Assembly (NCBI GenBank): GCA_051294905.1
Contig: CM119372.1
Span: 33,668,001-33,732,000, forward strand
Reading direction: 5' to 3'
Source: Botryllus schlosseri
Taxonomy: Eukaryota
Length of the DNA: 64,000 nt
A program made the translations under genes and the position numbers. The notes under the pieces are model-generated. The model saw only the letters and a program-made list of their open reading frames with translations, had not been told where the DNA came from and did not search any database. Positions 62,456 to 64,000 of the stretch are shown here, piece after piece. How positions within the stretch are numbered: position 1 is the stretch's first letter; each line of letters begins with the position of its first letter.

Positions 62456-64000
62456 GCACCCATAAGAACCCCTGCCACCCCCAGAGCGATCTATACTACT
62501 ACTCACGACAAAAGTTAGAGAGCCACGGTACTTGAATTTCCTACTGAGCTTATCTGAATTATTCCACGTCAGAATTAGTCACAAATATCCACGATTTGCA
62601 TCCGCATAACGTTTGTCACTCGCACTCCAATTATTTGCATCCGCATAAGTGCGTAAGATTTAACATCTCACTATTTAAAAAAGCACCGGCCTAAGTAGCC
62701 TACTAAAGGGCATTCCTGACTAAACGCAACTAATCCTATCACTCATGCACGATACTGAAGCTAATATCTAGTATTACAGGTGTTATACATGATTGTTACT
62801 ATTTCATTCATCTACACTTACGACCTCATGCATTGTCCTAGCATAGACAGATGAGAGCAAATGTGGGTGCGGATCGTTATAATTCTAACCGCTATAGTAG
62901 CTAAATTAAAACACTCCTGCAGTTTCTTTTGACGTTGATTTTTGATTCTGTCATTTATGTTGCCTTCCGGATGACATGTGGCTGTCGCACCAGGCTTACG
63001 AACCTGCAAATTTGCGAAAAAGTTCTGTATCTCTCTCGGCCGAAGTGAGGTTTAATTAAATTATGTAAGTGCTTCATTTTTCAACGAGACGATATTTATT
63101 ACAACCCAATATTAAAGCCACCAAGTCATTATATGCTTATGTAACGCAATTACTGACGTACTGGTAACGGTTCCGCTAGAACATTCAAATTTTTCGATGA
63201 CACCCTGATTGTCTTTGATATCTTTTCAAGGTATAAATTAATTTTGCTAGTTGTACATGATCAAATAAATCACACTTTCACTACTTATTACCGGAATTAT
63301 TGAAAATAAGCTGGTGGAAAGCTATCTATTTTATAATGGATTCGTACTTTTGAACATTCTAATCGGCGCGTATCAACAATGACCACGTAAGAAACGGTAG
63401 ACCCACTACATCCATTTGTGTCTCGTATAGTTGATAAATATATATAGGTCTACTAGTAGCCATCGTGTATTGCCATGGACACGGCCATCTTCTTTCGCAT
63501 ACGCTTCTAAACAACATTCGAGGTTGCGCAATCGATGATGACCCGATGAAAACCGTTCGTCAGTTCAGGTTTGTTGTTTTTAGTATTTGTGGTGATTGCT
63601 TAAGACAATTGATGTCTATTGCGCTGTTTACTGTAATTCGGAGGTGCCAAACTCAAATTGCGTCGCGGGCCGGATTCCAGTCTTCAACTCGCCCACTGGC
63701 CGCATCATCCAACTGATTTCCAAATGTCACCTCGTGTCCTTGCTTTTCACTTGAATACTTTATTATCAATCATATATAGATAATTTACAGATCATAGGGC
63801 AGGCTTTTTGCCCTGGCGGCACACTTTGGAAATGAAAAATAGTTCGCGACACACTAACACAGAGGTACTAAATTATCTGGGCTTACGGCATGTGCAAGCT
63901 ACCGGAATATTTAGCAACACCCACCGTCGTACAGAGTTGGTGTCCGACGAAGTACTTCAACCTTTCCGGAGCACTCAATTAGGCTTTGCTCTGCTTCAAA

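Larger units (their letters stand above)
47480..62503. mobile_element. Non-autonomous Polinton/Maverick derivative, 15,024 bp, with foldback structure
   Basis: Termini AGTAGTAGTATAGATCG / CGATCTATACTACTACT. Perfect 6-bp TSD CACGAC (47474-47479, 62504-62509). GC-rich tandem repeats inside both ends. Confidence 0.85.

Noticed and set aside
62822..63003. Possible minus-strand exon (TTGCAG...GTAAGT, one open frame)
   Set aside because: No recognisable product or neighbouring exons.

Overview
AT-rich eukaryotic (metazoan, probably marine invertebrate) genomic DNA, mostly transposable elements, with two apparently intact single-exon genes: a CaMK-like kinase with degenerate catalytic motifs (18166-19194, -) and a class A GPCR (38693-39760, -). 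The main feature is a 15-kb non-autonomous Polinton/Maverick derivative (47480-62503). It has AGTAGTAGT...ACTACTACT termini and a perfect 6-bp TSD (CACGAC), and no recognisable polymerase, integrase, ATPase or major capsid ORF. It is instead folded into a giant palindrome: two ~5.9-kb arms, >99% identical by eye, around a 926-bp spacer. Beyond this lie a flip/flop hairpin cluster and a right end that is much more diverged from the left end. This resembles an integrated copy-back (snap-back) defective genome. The window also holds a decayed ISL2EU-type transposon (THAP-HTH-DDE transposase plus YqaJ exonuclease), Penelope-like retroelement fragments whose inverted pLTRs carry minimal hammerhead ribozyme motifs, several nests of hAT MITEs with readable 8-bp TSDs, and decayed kinase and phosphagen-kinase-like fragments. 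Identities and family assignments are by eye; no searches were run.
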